From Atribacterota bacterium (lineage in GTDB: Bacteria; Atribacterota; Phoenicimicrobiia; Phoenicimicrobiales; Stramentimicrobiaceae): 64,000 nucleotides of DNA. Positions 53,073 to 62,646 of this stretch are shown here, in pieces. The notes under the pieces are model-generated. The model worked only from the letters and a program-made list of their open reading frames with translations. It had not been told where the DNA came from and did not search any database. Both the position numbers and the translations under genes were made by a program. Positions within the stretch are counted from its first letter, which is position 1. Each line of letters opens with the position of its first letter. Location: contig JAQVGY010000001.1 in the NCBI GenBank assembly GCA_028696495.1, forward strand, positions 24,105 through 88,104. Direction: 5' to 3'.

Positions 53073-53486
53073 TTAAGGGCTCTCATCTCTCGGCTTAGTG
53101 GCTATGGCAATCCTCTCTATCCCGCTTTTTTTGATAAGATCCATAACTCTAACTACTTTACCATGGGTAACATTTTGATCGGCTTCTAAAACAACTAAAG
53201 GATTAGGATTATCCTTAGTCTCATCTCTCAGCTTTTCAGTTAAATAATTTGGATCAACCAGGTGATTATTGAGATAGAGCACATTATTTTCAGTTATAGT
53301 TACTACCACATTCCTCTTTTCACTTACAGCAGCAAAATCTCCACTGGGTAAATCAACTTTTACACCACTTTCCACATTTATAAAGGTAGTAGTCAGCATA
53401 AAAAAAATAAGCAACTGAAATACTACATCGATTAATGGAGTTAAGTCGAATTTAAGAGTTTTACTATTGGGCTGATAAAATTTCAT
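53073..53486 (-). CDS. exbD: biopolymer transport protein ExbD/TolR
   Basis: 137 aa; TPLIDVVFQLLIFFMLTT single TM, periplasmic domain. Confidence 0.85.
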   Translation of the reverse strand: MKFYQPNSKTLKFDLTPLIDVVFQLLIFFMLTTTFINVESGVKVDLPSGDFAAVSEKRNVVVTITENNVLYLNNHLVDPNYLTEKLRDETKDNPNPLVVLEADQNVTHGKVVRVMDLIKKSGIERIAIATKPRDESP

Positions 53487-54117
53487 CTACTTTTATATCC
53501 TCCTCACTTATTCCTCTTGTAACCGATAAGAGTTCTAAAATCTCAGTACTGGTAGCTTCCATTTCTTTTATCTGTCTTTCTACTCTATTTACCAGATAAT
53601 TATAGGCAACAATGGTAGGAATCGCCACAGAAAGACCAAAGGCAGTAGTCAACAAAGCCTCTGATATTGCTCCCGCCAGGGCTTCTGGGTTTCCCACACC
53701 AATTGCCGATATGACCTGGAATCCTTTTATCATACCGAAAACTGTTCCTAACAAACCCAGTAATGGAGCAATATTTCCAACAGTAGCCAGTATCGGCAAA
53801 TTTTTCTCTAAAACTGCTACTTCCTGGTGAGCAGTATCTTCAATTGCTTCTCTAATTTCTTCCCGAGAGCTTCCATATTTTAATAATGCAGCTAAAATTA
53901 TCTGCGAGATGGGAGAATAGTTTTTGCGACAGGCAGTAATTGCAAAATTAATATTTCCTTTTCTAATCAAATCGCTGATACGATTGCCAAATTTTCTGGT
54001 AGAAGTTTTAATACTCTTTAAAAAGAACATTCTTTCAAAAAAAATAGCAATGGCCAGCAAGGAACAGAAGAAAATGGGATACATTAAAAAACCGCCTTTG
54101 TAAAATAAATCAAACAT
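53464..54117 (-). CDS. exbB: MotA/TolQ/ExbB proton-channel protein
   Basis: 217 aa; 3 TM; LATVGNIAPLLGLLGTVFGMIKGF. Overlaps exbD by 23 nt. Confidence 0.85.
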   Translation of the reverse strand: MFDLFYKGGFLMYPIFFCSLLAIAIFFERMFFLKSIKTSTRKFGNRISDLIRKGNINFAITACRKNYSPISQIILAALLKYGSSREEIREAIEDTAHQEVAVLEKNLPILATVGNIAPLLGLLGTVFGMIKGFQVISAIGVGNPEALAGAISEALLTTAFGLSVAIPTIVAYNYLVNRVERQIKEMEATSTEILELLSVTRGISEEDIKVDEILSAQ

Positions 54118-54239
54118 TAATTAGTTGCCTCCTCAAATGTTATAGGATATTTTAATCTTTTGAATACATCATTGATTTACAATTTTTGAATAGTATAATG
54201 AATCTTTATTCTAAAGTTTAAATAGCTTTTATTTTAAAT

Positions 54240-57200
54240 CTATCGTTCTAATAGTCTTCTAACACTATCAGCATAAGTGGTCTCCGGGCATTTTTGTAAA
54301 ATCATCTCATATTTTTCTGTTGCCTGTTCCTGATAACCTAATTCTTCTTCACAAATTGCCGTAATGTACAAAATATCACATACCAATGTGCCAGAGGGAT
54401 ACCCACTTAAATATCTATCTCCAACCTGTAAAGCTTTCTCATATTCTCCTTTTTTAAAATAGCTCAGACTTAATCCATATAAAGCTCCGGGTAAATATTG
54501 GCTGTTGGGAGCATGAGCAATCAATTTTTCAAAATTTAAAATACTATCAATCCATTTTTCTTCTTCCAAATTAACTTGGGCTAAGATATAAAGCGCCTCT
54601 TCAACAAAACTGCTTTTAGCAAAAGATTGAATGAAATGCTGCAATTTTACTCTCGCCTCATCATTGTCTTTGGCTAAAAAATATATCTTTCCAATTAAAA
54701 AATTACTTTCTTCCACAAATTGGCTTTCCGGATAATCCTTAAGAAGCTTATCAAACATATCTATAGCCATATTATAATCACCAAGGTTTAGATAACTCCA
54801 ACATACACTATATTGTACGTGATCTGCTAAAGAATGGTAATGAAAATTCTTTAAAAACTCTTGATAATGTTTAATTGCCTCAGAGTATTTTTCCTGTTTG
54901 TAGCAGGTTTCCCCCAACATATACAATGCTCTTATAGCAATTTCATCTCCGTCAACATGGTTAATGCTATAAAAATAGTCTTCTGCTTGAGCATAATCAC
55001 CTAAACGATAGAAGCTCAATCCTTGCCAGTAATTAATTTCCTGTCTCATTTTATCCGTGATGGTCATGTCTTCTATTTCTTGAAAAATATTAATTGCTTC
55101 CTGAAATTCGCCCTTCTCATATTTTGATTTTGCCAGAACAAAATACCCCTCTATAGCCAGTGGGTCTTCCGGATATCTATTAGAAATTTCTTCATAAAGC
55201 GTAATGAGTTCTTCTTCATTATTTATTTTGTTTGCTGCATCTATCTTAAGCTCCAAAGCTTCTTTGCTATCAAAATCTTTTAATACTATTACCACATCCT
55301 GATAGCGATCTAACCTGTAATAACTTCTTGCTAATTCCAGGGATGTTATTTTAGATAATTCTCTATCAAGAGACTGATTTAGCACTTTTTCATAATAAGA
55401 TATGGCTTCCTTATCTTCTCCTTTTTTAGAATATGCTAAACCCAAATCGAACAATATTCTGGCCAGCATATTGTTATCATCAACTTTTTCAACCAAAGCA
55501 CTATTAATATCAATTACCTTATCATATTCTTTTTGCTCTAAGAAAACTCTTGCCAGCAGGTAGAGTGATTCATATTTAACCAGACTATCTTTTTGTACTA
55601 ATTCTTCTAAATTTGTCCTTGCTTCCGGATAATTACCTTCTTTAAATAGTACGAAACTATAGTAATATACGGTTTCATTTAATAATTCAAAATCAGGTTT
55701 ATTATTTTTGATATCGGTAAAGTAGATCTTGGCTTTGTCATAGATTTCTTCCCAGAAATAGGATTGTCCTAAAATAAATTTAATCTCATATTTATCAAAT
55801 TGTAAAGGATCTGCTGTAATTAAATTTTCATAAAGTTTAATAGTCTGGGCATATTTCTTCTGTTTAAAATATACCATCCCTAATTTATACATCCCCTCTT
55901 GATGAAGAGTGCTTCTGGGATAATTCTTTACTAACAATTCCAGTACAATTTCAGCGTTGGAATAATCCCCCAATAAGTAGGCACACCAGCCATTTCCTAA
56001 TAAAGCATTTTCATAATATTCACTATCTATATAATTATTTACAATATATTGATAGTGCTGATTTGCTTCAGCATAATTCCTTAACTGGTATAGTGTTTCA
56101 GCTATAAGAAATCTGGCTTCTAAAAAGTCTGGACTATCTTCCAGAACATCCCTTAATTTCTCTAATGCAGCTTCATAGTCACCTAAAGAATAGAAATTAT
56201 AAGCCAGCTGATAATATTCCTTTTCCCAATCAATATCAAAGTAGCTGTCCCCACCAATTTTTTCTCTCTCTACCAGGTATTCATCCATCTGATTTAGATG
56301 GTAGTAGGTACGCATTAGATAAATCCGTGTCTTTTCATAATTTGGATTTTTCTGAGCAGACTCCTTAAATTTAAGCAATGCTGCCTCATAATCACCTGAA
56401 ACATAGTTTTGATATCCTTGATTGAATATCCAGACTACTTCTCTGCCAAACTCCTTTTCTTCGTTTGCTTTATTTAGATAGATTCTGGCATTGGTATTAA
56501 AAGGGTCTAACCGAACGGCTTCTTCCAAATATTTAATTGAACTATCAAGATCACCCACCTGATAATAGCTTAACCCTAAAAAATAATAAGCTTCTTTGAA
56601 ATCTTTGCTCAGACCTATCGCTTGTGTCAATAATTTAATAGAATCAAAATATTTTTTAGAGCTGTAGGCGTTGTAACCGGTAACATACAATTCATAAGCT
56701 TCTTTGCCATAAATTTCAGCCTGTTGATACTGTCGAAAAACCCATTCAACTTCTTTATTATCGGGTTTGAGCTTTTCAATTTGCTCAGCTTGTTCCAGGG
56801 CTTTAGAAACCTGACCGGTATCATAATATGCTTGCATTAAGAGTATTCTGGCTTTAACATTATCTGGCTGATATAAAATTGAATCCTCTAAATTGTCTAT
56901 TGTAGATGCAATATCATCCTGAGAATACTTTGAATAGGCAAGGCGATAGAGAGCATCTGCTAATCTGTGATAACTTACTTTGAAATCACTATTGCTTCTG
57001 GCAGTTTCTAAATATTTTTCAAGACTGGCGATTTCCCGAAAGGTCCATTTAGTTCTTTCATATATTTGGGATAATAGATAATAAGCTTCGGCAAAAGATG
57101 GGTCTTCTTCTACAGCTTTTTCAGCAAAGTCTATTGCTTTGGTCCAGAGGGGTTTGCTCGGATAGTCAGCTCCCTGGTATTCTGTGATAGCCTGATCTTT

Positions 57201-57860
57201 AAATTCAATACTTTGATAATAATTTTTTAAAGCTGTCAAAGATGTAGAAATATTTTTCTTCAGGTTGTAAGCTAATTCTTCATCGATATATACACCAGCT
57301 TCTTCTAAAATAGTCTTAGCGATATCTTCTTTAAAATAAAGTAAATCTTCCGCCATTACCGTCATCTCACGAAATTCAAAAAACTGTTCCAGTTGAGCTT
57401 GATACATAATTAGATTGAATCTCAGGAGTTCTTTCTGTTCCAAAGAAAAATATCCGGTAAATATTAGGTCGACTTTCAGCAGCTCATTCAAGGAGCGGAA
57501 AAGACTGACATCTTTTCCCTCTGCTAAAGCCCCATAAACTTCAATGTTTGTTAATTTTTCAATCTCTTCTGCTGACATATAGTTAATCTTATCTGAATGG
57601 GAGAAAGCATGATTCAACATATCCGGAAATCCCTTTTCCAACCACTGCCACTTATCTTCTCCGGTTAGATTACGGAAATAATAAACTGCAAATTTTTGAT
57701 TATCTGTTGCAGCTGAAATAGAATTAAAAACAGCAGAAAACAGAATTAACATTAAGGCGAGATGTAGCAGGCAGGATTTTGACAGCCTTCTAAAAAGATC
57801 TTTGCGATAATATAAAGAGTTTCTATTTATTTTTATAAAAACCATATTTGGCTTCACCAA
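54240..57860 (-). CDS. 1206-aa exported protein: TolB-N-terminal-like domain followed by more than 20 TPR repeats
   Basis: Signal/anchor LLHLALMLILFSAVFNSISA; segment KFAVYYFRNLTGEDKWQWLEKGFPDMLNHAF fits the hAVLPFxNLSGD TolB_N-like pattern. The rest is TPR units (e.g. AEAYYLLSQIYERT, AYYFLGLSYYQVGD). Confidence 0.7.
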   Translation of the reverse strand: MVKPNMVFIKINRNSLYYRKDLFRRLSKSCLLHLALMLILFSAVFNSISAATDNQKFAVYYFRNLTGEDKWQWLEKGFPDMLNHAFSHSDKINYMSAEEIEKLTNIEVYGALAEGKDVSLFRSLNELLKVDLIFTGYFSLEQKELLRFNLIMYQAQLEQFFEFREMTVMAEDLLYFKEDIAKTILEEAGVYIDEELAYNLKKNISTSLTALKNYYQSIEFKDQAITEYQGADYPSKPLWTKAIDFAEKAVEEDPSFAEAYYLLSQIYERTKWTFREIASLEKYLETARSNSDFKVSYHRLADALYRLAYSKYSQDDIASTIDNLEDSILYQPDNVKARILLMQAYYDTGQVSKALEQAEQIEKLKPDNKEVEWVFRQYQQAEIYGKEAYELYVTGYNAYSSKKYFDSIKLLTQAIGLSKDFKEAYYFLGLSYYQVGDLDSSIKYLEEAVRLDPFNTNARIYLNKANEEKEFGREVVWIFNQGYQNYVSGDYEAALLKFKESAQKNPNYEKTRIYLMRTYYHLNQMDEYLVEREKIGGDSYFDIDWEKEYYQLAYNFYSLGDYEAALEKLRDVLEDSPDFLEARFLIAETLYQLRNYAEANQHYQYIVNNYIDSEYYENALLGNGWCAYLLGDYSNAEIVLELLVKNYPRSTLHQEGMYKLGMVYFKQKKYAQTIKLYENLITADPLQFDKYEIKFILGQSYFWEEIYDKAKIYFTDIKNNKPDFELLNETVYYYSFVLFKEGNYPEARTNLEELVQKDSLVKYESLYLLARVFLEQKEYDKVIDINSALVEKVDDNNMLARILFDLGLAYSKKGEDKEAISYYEKVLNQSLDRELSKITSLELARSYYRLDRYQDVVIVLKDFDSKEALELKIDAANKINNEEELITLYEEISNRYPEDPLAIEGYFVLAKSKYEKGEFQEAINIFQEIEDMTITDKMRQEINYWQGLSFYRLGDYAQAEDYFYSINHVDGDEIAIRALYMLGETCYKQEKYSEAIKHYQEFLKNFHYHSLADHVQYSVCWSYLNLGDYNMAIDMFDKLLKDYPESQFVEESNFLIGKIYFLAKDNDEARVKLQHFIQSFAKSSFVEEALYILAQVNLEEEKWIDSILNFEKLIAHAPNSQYLPGALYGLSLSYFKKGEYEKALQVGDRYLSGYPSGTLVCDILYITAICEEELGYQEQATEKYEMILQKCPETTYADSVRRLLER

Positions 57861-57997
57861 TCTAATCTTAATATTGAAATTTCTTTTCTTTATCTTTTAT
57901 TATAATTATACAATTGTCTTAAATATAATATGTTAATCTAAAAACCTTTAATAAAAGATTCTTGCTATAATCTTATTTTACATAATATCATATTTGG

Positions 57998-59281
57998 CTA
58001 AGAATAAAAATAAAATTCTTTTTTACCAATTCTTACTATATCTCCCTCTTGAATCCCTTGTTTTACAAGTGCTTTTTCAACTCCTAAAGCTTTTATTTTT
58101 TCTTGAAAATATTTTAAAGCCTGTGGATTTTCTAAGTCATACTGGCATACTAATTTTTCTATTTTTTCTCCCTCTATCCTGAACTCTTCTCCTTCTTTTT
58201 TAATTACAAATGGTGGTTTGTATTCATAGTGAACTATCTTATGCTCAGAAGGTAAAGGAACAGGCACTTCTTTTTTTTCCACAAGTTTTATGGTTTTGAA
58301 AATCTGAAAAATCAGCTCTGGCAATCCTTTTCGGGTAATAGCGGAAACAAAATAAATATCTTTACTCTCTTTTAAAAAAGCCTTTTTTATCTTTTCCATC
58401 TTTTTTTGAACTTCTGGCAAATCACATTTATTAACAACAATTATTTCCTCTTTTTTCTCGAGTGATGATGAAAATTGATTTAATTCATTTCTAAGTATTT
58501 GATAGTTTCCCATTATATTATCATTATCAATAGATATCTCTAATCCATCAATAATATGGACAATAACTTTTGTTCTTTCAATATGTTTTAGAAAACGAAT
58601 TCCCAATCCTGCACCACTGCTGGCACCTTCTATGAGTCCCGGAATATCAGAAAGAATGAATTGATTTTCATCATCAACATATACGACGCCTAAATGGGGT
58701 TCAAGAGTGGTAAAGGGATAATCTGCTATTTTGGGTTTAGCAGCAGTCATTTTGGATAATAATGTTGATTTACCGGCATTAGGGAATCCTATTAAAGCAG
58801 CATCTGCGATTAGTTTCAAATTTAATTTAATAACCCTTTCTTCTCCCGGCTCTCCTCTTTGGGCGAACCTTGGTGAACGGCGAATTGAACTTTTAAAACG
58901 ATAGTTGCCTTTTCCACCCAATCCCCCGCAGGCAACACATATTTTTTTCTCTGGTTGAAATAAATCAGCAAAAATATTACCATCCTTCATTTCTTCCACG
59001 ATAGTTCCTACTGGAACCTTTAACCACAAATCACTGCCATTCTTACCATTTTTTTTACTTCCGCTTCCATTTCCTCCATTTTCTGCTTTGCGATGTGGAT
59101 TTCTATAATATTCAATTAAAGTCTTTATTTGTGAGTCGGCCTGTATGTAAACATTTCCACCTCTTCCTCCATCCCCACCATCGGGACCACCTTTGGGAAC
59201 AAATCGTTCTCTTCGAAAACTAACACAGCCATCCCCACCTTTTCCTGCTTTAACAAATATAACTACTTCATCAATAAACAT
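57998..59281 (-). CDS. obg: GTPase Obg/CgtA
   Basis: 427 aa; MFIDEVVIFVKAGKGGDGCVSFRRE Obg fold with Gly-rich loops, G domain GFPNAGKST, C-terminal OCT/TGS-like domain. Confidence 0.95.
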   Translation of the reverse strand: MFIDEVVIFVKAGKGGDGCVSFRRERFVPKGGPDGGDGGRGGNVYIQADSQIKTLIEYYRNPHRKAENGGNGSGSKKNGKNGSDLWLKVPVGTIVEEMKDGNIFADLFQPEKKICVACGGLGGKGNYRFKSSIRRSPRFAQRGEPGEERVIKLNLKLIADAALIGFPNAGKSTLLSKMTAAKPKIADYPFTTLEPHLGVVYVDDENQFILSDIPGLIEGASSGAGLGIRFLKHIERTKVIVHIIDGLEISIDNDNIMGNYQILRNELNQFSSSLEKKEEIIVVNKCDLPEVQKKMEKIKKAFLKESKDIYFVSAITRKGLPELIFQIFKTIKLVEKKEVPVPLPSEHKIVHYEYKPPFVIKKEGEEFRIEGEKIEKLVCQYDLENPQALKYFQEKIKALGVEKALVKQGIQEGDIVRIGKKEFYFYS

Positions 59282-59410
59282 TTTTTGCCTTTTTAAGTTT
59301 TTTCCTTATTTAATCTCTTTAAAAGCTATCAGCTGACTCTTTATATATTTCTTTGTAACCCCTTGCGATTAACATGACAACTGCTCTCTTTTTTCCTCTT
59401 CGTTGCTAAT

Positions 59411-59446
59411 AAAAAAACCCCTGAGTTTAAATATGACTCAGGGGTT
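59411..59446 (-). terminator. rho-independent terminator between rpmA and obg
   Basis: Perfect 11-bp stem aacccctgagt / actcaggggtt with an 8-nt loop. On the minus strand it is followed by a run of 7 U. It starts 12 nt after the rpmA stop. Confidence 0.75.
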
Positions 59447-59457
59447 TAAAATCCTTG

Positions 59458-59724
59458 TTATACTTCTGCATCATATGCAGCAATAGATACCTGTTTTCTT
59501 TTTTTGCCCGTTGTCCTGAAGGTCACATAACCATCTATAAGTGCGAAGAGAGTGTCATCCCCTCCGCGGCCAACATTCTTTCCCGGTAATATTCTAGTGC
59601 CCCTTTGTCGAACAAGTATATTGCCGCTGCGTACAAACTGTCCATCAAATCTTTTCACACCAAGACGTTTGGAATTGCTATCACGGCCATTTTTTGCTGA
59701 GCCCTGTCCTTTTTTATGAGCCAT
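59458..59724 (-). CDS. rpmA: 50S ribosomal protein L27 (no N-terminal propeptide)
   Basis: 88 aa; [31 protein letters not shown] begins directly with the mature AHKKG motif. Confidence 0.95.
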   Translation of the reverse strand: MAHKKGQGSAKNGRDSNSKRLGVKRFDGQFVRSGNILVRQRGTRILPGKNVGRGGDDTLFALIDGYVTFRTTGKKRKQVSIAAYDAEV

Positions 59725-59780
59725 ATAATTTCACCTCACTTACTTGCTTTTCAAGATTCAACCGTTTCAATTTAATTTTT

Positions 59781-60092
59781 TTAAATATTTATCTTTTCTA
59801 TTTTTACTTCTGTAAATAATTGCCGATGCCCAATCTTTTTCTCATATCTCTTTTTGGGCTTATATTTTAAGACTACTATTTTTTTTGCTTTTCCATGTCT
59901 CAGTATTTTACCTTCTGCATAACTATTCTCAACCAGGGGTTGACCAAAACTATATTTACCATCTTTTTCCAACATCAATACCTCATCAAACTTTACCCTG
60001 TCCCCTTCATTTAGTTCCAGTTTTTCAACCTTTATTATATCTCCTTCTTTGATCAGATACTGTTTCCCTCCCGTTGCAATAATGGCATGCAT
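59781..60092 (-). CDS. rplU: 50S ribosomal protein L21
   Basis: 103 aa; MHAIIATGGKQYLIKEGDII, GKILRHGKAKKIVVLKYKPKKRYEKKIGHRQ. Confidence 0.95.
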   Translation of the reverse strand: MHAIIATGGKQYLIKEGDIIKVEKLELNEGDRVKFDEVLMLEKDGKYSFGQPLVENSYAEGKILRHGKAKKIVVLKYKPKKRYEKKIGHRQLFTEVKIEKINI

Positions 60093-60254
60093 CTTTGTTA
60101 ACTCCTCCTGCTTAAATAAATCGCCTGAAAAGGTAGCTGTTGCTTTTAGACCTTGCCAGTGCGTATATAGCGTATAAAATTTATCATATATGTGTTAACC
60201 TGTCAAATTATTTTGAAATTAATTAGCCACAACCTTGATATATCGATAAAAATA

Positions 60255-61763
60255 TCAATCTTGCAATACCTTTAAAATCTTCTTTACATCTCTTCTCTTT
60301 CCTACCGCAATCACTTTAATCTTTTCTATATGAAGATAGGGTAATGCTTTGATATAGATACTTTTTTTATAATCTCTCTCTAACTGTTTTATTAATAACA
60401 TTTTCCCACCAGATAGCTCTTTCTCTACCTCAGGATTTACACCCAATAAAATTGCCTCAGCTTTAGAATGCTTTCCTAAATCTTCCAGCTTATGCAATAC
60501 CTGATTACTGATTGTTTCCGGTGACATAATCCGACCACTACCTGTGCAATAGGGGCATGCTGTACGTAATAATGAATCTAAATCCCGTTTAGAACGTTTT
60601 CTGGTCATCTCTACTAAGCCCAATTCTGTAGTCTGTACAATATTTGATTTGATTCTATCCTTTTTCAACTCATTTTCCAATTTATTTATTACTTTTTCCT
60701 GGTCTTCTTTGTTATCCATATCAATAAAGTCAATAATAATTATTCCGCCAATATACCTTAGCCGTAATTGTCTTGCAATCTCCTCGGCTGCCTGTAAATT
60801 AGTCTTTAAAATAGTATCTCTCATTTTTTTACCGCCAACATATTTCCCGGTATTTACATCTACTACAGTTAAGGCTTCTACTTCGTCGAAAACAAGATAC
60901 CCCCCACATTTTAACCATACTTTTTTCTCTAATGCCTTGCTTATCTCTTTTTCTATATTAAAAGCTTCAAATATGGGCTTATCACCGTCATAATAAGAAA
61001 CCCTTGGTTTTAATTCTAACAAAAACAGATTATCGAGATAATTGATTATTTCCTCATATTCTTCTTTGGAATTTACTAAAAATTCATCTATCTCTTCAGT
61101 AAATAAATCTCGAATTACTCTGTAGGTGAGACTCAGGTCCTCGTGCAGCAACAAAGGAGCTTTTGCTCTTCTGCTCCTCTTTTGGATTTTATTCCATAAA
61201 CGGACAAGGAAATCCATATCTGGCAATAAATCTTCTTCCTCTTTACCGGTGGCTGCTGTTCTAATGATAAAACCAAATTCATTTTTTTTGATTTTTTGAA
61301 CAATTTTTTTTAGTCTTTCTCTTTCTTCTTCCTGCTCAATTCTTCTGGAAACAGCAACGGTATTATTATTGGGCATCAAGACAAGATAACGGCCCGGTAG
61401 ACTGATATTGGTAGTTACCTTGGCGCCTTTCGGTATAATAGCTTCTTTTACCACCTGAACATCAATTTCCTGACCAACCTTAATCAATTTATTTATATCA
61501 ACATCTTTATCACTTTTCTTGCCAAAAGATTGTATAACATCATTCAAATGTAAAAAGGCATTTCTATCAATTCCTATGTCAATAAAAGCTGCCTCTATTC
61601 CGGGTAAGACATTCATTACTTTACCTTTATAGATATTGCCGATAATCTTTTTTTCTTCTAATCTCTCAATATAAATCTCTACTAACTTATTATTTTCTAA
61701 GATAGCAATACGTTTCTCACTCAGACTGCTATCAATTATTACTTGCTTAGCTCTATACTCCAT
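60255..61763 (-). CDS. rng: ribonuclease G/E family endoribonuclease
   Basis: 502 aa; N-terminal S1 domain (GNIYKGKVMNVLPGIEAAFIDIG), DNase-I-like catalytic core, Zn-link CPYCTGSG. Confidence 0.88.
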   Translation of the reverse strand: MEYRAKQVIIDSSLSEKRIAILENNKLVEIYIERLEEKKIIGNIYKGKVMNVLPGIEAAFIDIGIDRNAFLHLNDVIQSFGKKSDKDVDINKLIKVGQEIDVQVVKEAIIPKGAKVTTNISLPGRYLVLMPNNNTVAVSRRIEQEEERERLKKIVQKIKKNEFGFIIRTAATGKEEEDLLPDMDFLVRLWNKIQKRSRRAKAPLLLHEDLSLTYRVIRDLFTEEIDEFLVNSKEEYEEIINYLDNLFLLELKPRVSYYDGDKPIFEAFNIEKEISKALEKKVWLKCGGYLVFDEVEALTVVDVNTGKYVGGKKMRDTILKTNLQAAEEIARQLRLRYIGGIIIIDFIDMDNKEDQEKVINKLENELKKDRIKSNIVQTTELGLVEMTRKRSKRDLDSLLRTACPYCTGSGRIMSPETISNQVLHKLEDLGKHSKAEAILLGVNPEVEKELSGGKMLLIKQLERDYKKSIYIKALPYLHIEKIKVIAVGKRRDVKKILKVLQD

Positions 61764-61907
61764 AACTTCAGGAGATACCTTTCTCTTAAAATTTTTTAAA
61801 TTGACTTAATAAGATTAAGTCACCTTAGATTTTTTAGTCAAAACCAGATATTAATGAAATATCCTTGCAATGATAACATAAATATTTGTTATTATACAGA
61901 TAAAATA

Positions 61908-62609
61908 TTAAATCAATGATTCAGAAATGAACTTTTCCCTGATAATTTTTCCAATTAAAAAATAATCCTTAACTACATCAGCTAACATCTGTATAATTGG
62001 GTTGGGGTTGATACATACTCCTGCTTCAATATTCAAAATTAAACAGATGATTATTCTATCATTATTTTTTGAAAAAATATTAATTTTACTGATATAGGGA
62101 CGTAAATCTACTTCCTTTAATCCTTTTTTACTTTCCTTTTTAATTTTAATATCTTTCCGGTCCAACAAACATTTTACATACTGTTCAATCTTATTGTGAT
62201 AGTATACCATTTTATTTGCATCTATGGCATCAACAGGTATTAGATAGAACAGATAAGAAGCTTGCCTCAATAGTTTACTTAAAGGTATTCTCTTATTTGA
62301 AACCTCTTCTACTTCCAGTATTTTAAAGCCAGATGGAGCTACTTTATTGATTTTACCTTTTAACTCTTCTTCAGCAAGTGGTTCTTTTAATACAATTTCC
62401 GTTATCTCCTGCCATCCTTCTATACCAAGAGGCAGTGCCGGACCAAAAGATACTTTTATTCTGGGATTATAACCTTCGGTTAATTCAACAGGTATATCAG
62501 CCCTTAACAATACTCTTCTAAATAATTGGTTTAAATCGAGATGAGAGATAAATCTTAAAGGCCCATTCTTTTGGTATTTCATACGATAAAGGTATGACAT
62601 AAATCTCAC
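61908..62609 (-). CDS. TIGR03936/DUF2344 radical-SAM-linked protein
   Basis: 233 aa; RFISHLDLNQLFRRVLLRADIPVELTEGYNPRIKVSFGPALPLGIEG. Confidence 0.75.
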   Translation of the reverse strand: MRFMSYLYRMKYQKNGPLRFISHLDLNQLFRRVLLRADIPVELTEGYNPRIKVSFGPALPLGIEGWQEITEIVLKEPLAEEELKGKINKVAPSGFKILEVEEVSNKRIPLSKLLRQASYLFYLIPVDAIDANKMVYYHNKIEQYVKCLLDRKDIKIKKESKKGLKEVDLRPYISKINIFSKNNDRIIICLILNIEAGVCINPNPIIQMLADVVKDYFLIGKIIREKFISESLI

Positions 62610-62646
62610 ATTTCTTTCCAGTTCAGATTATCAATAACTTCTACCA

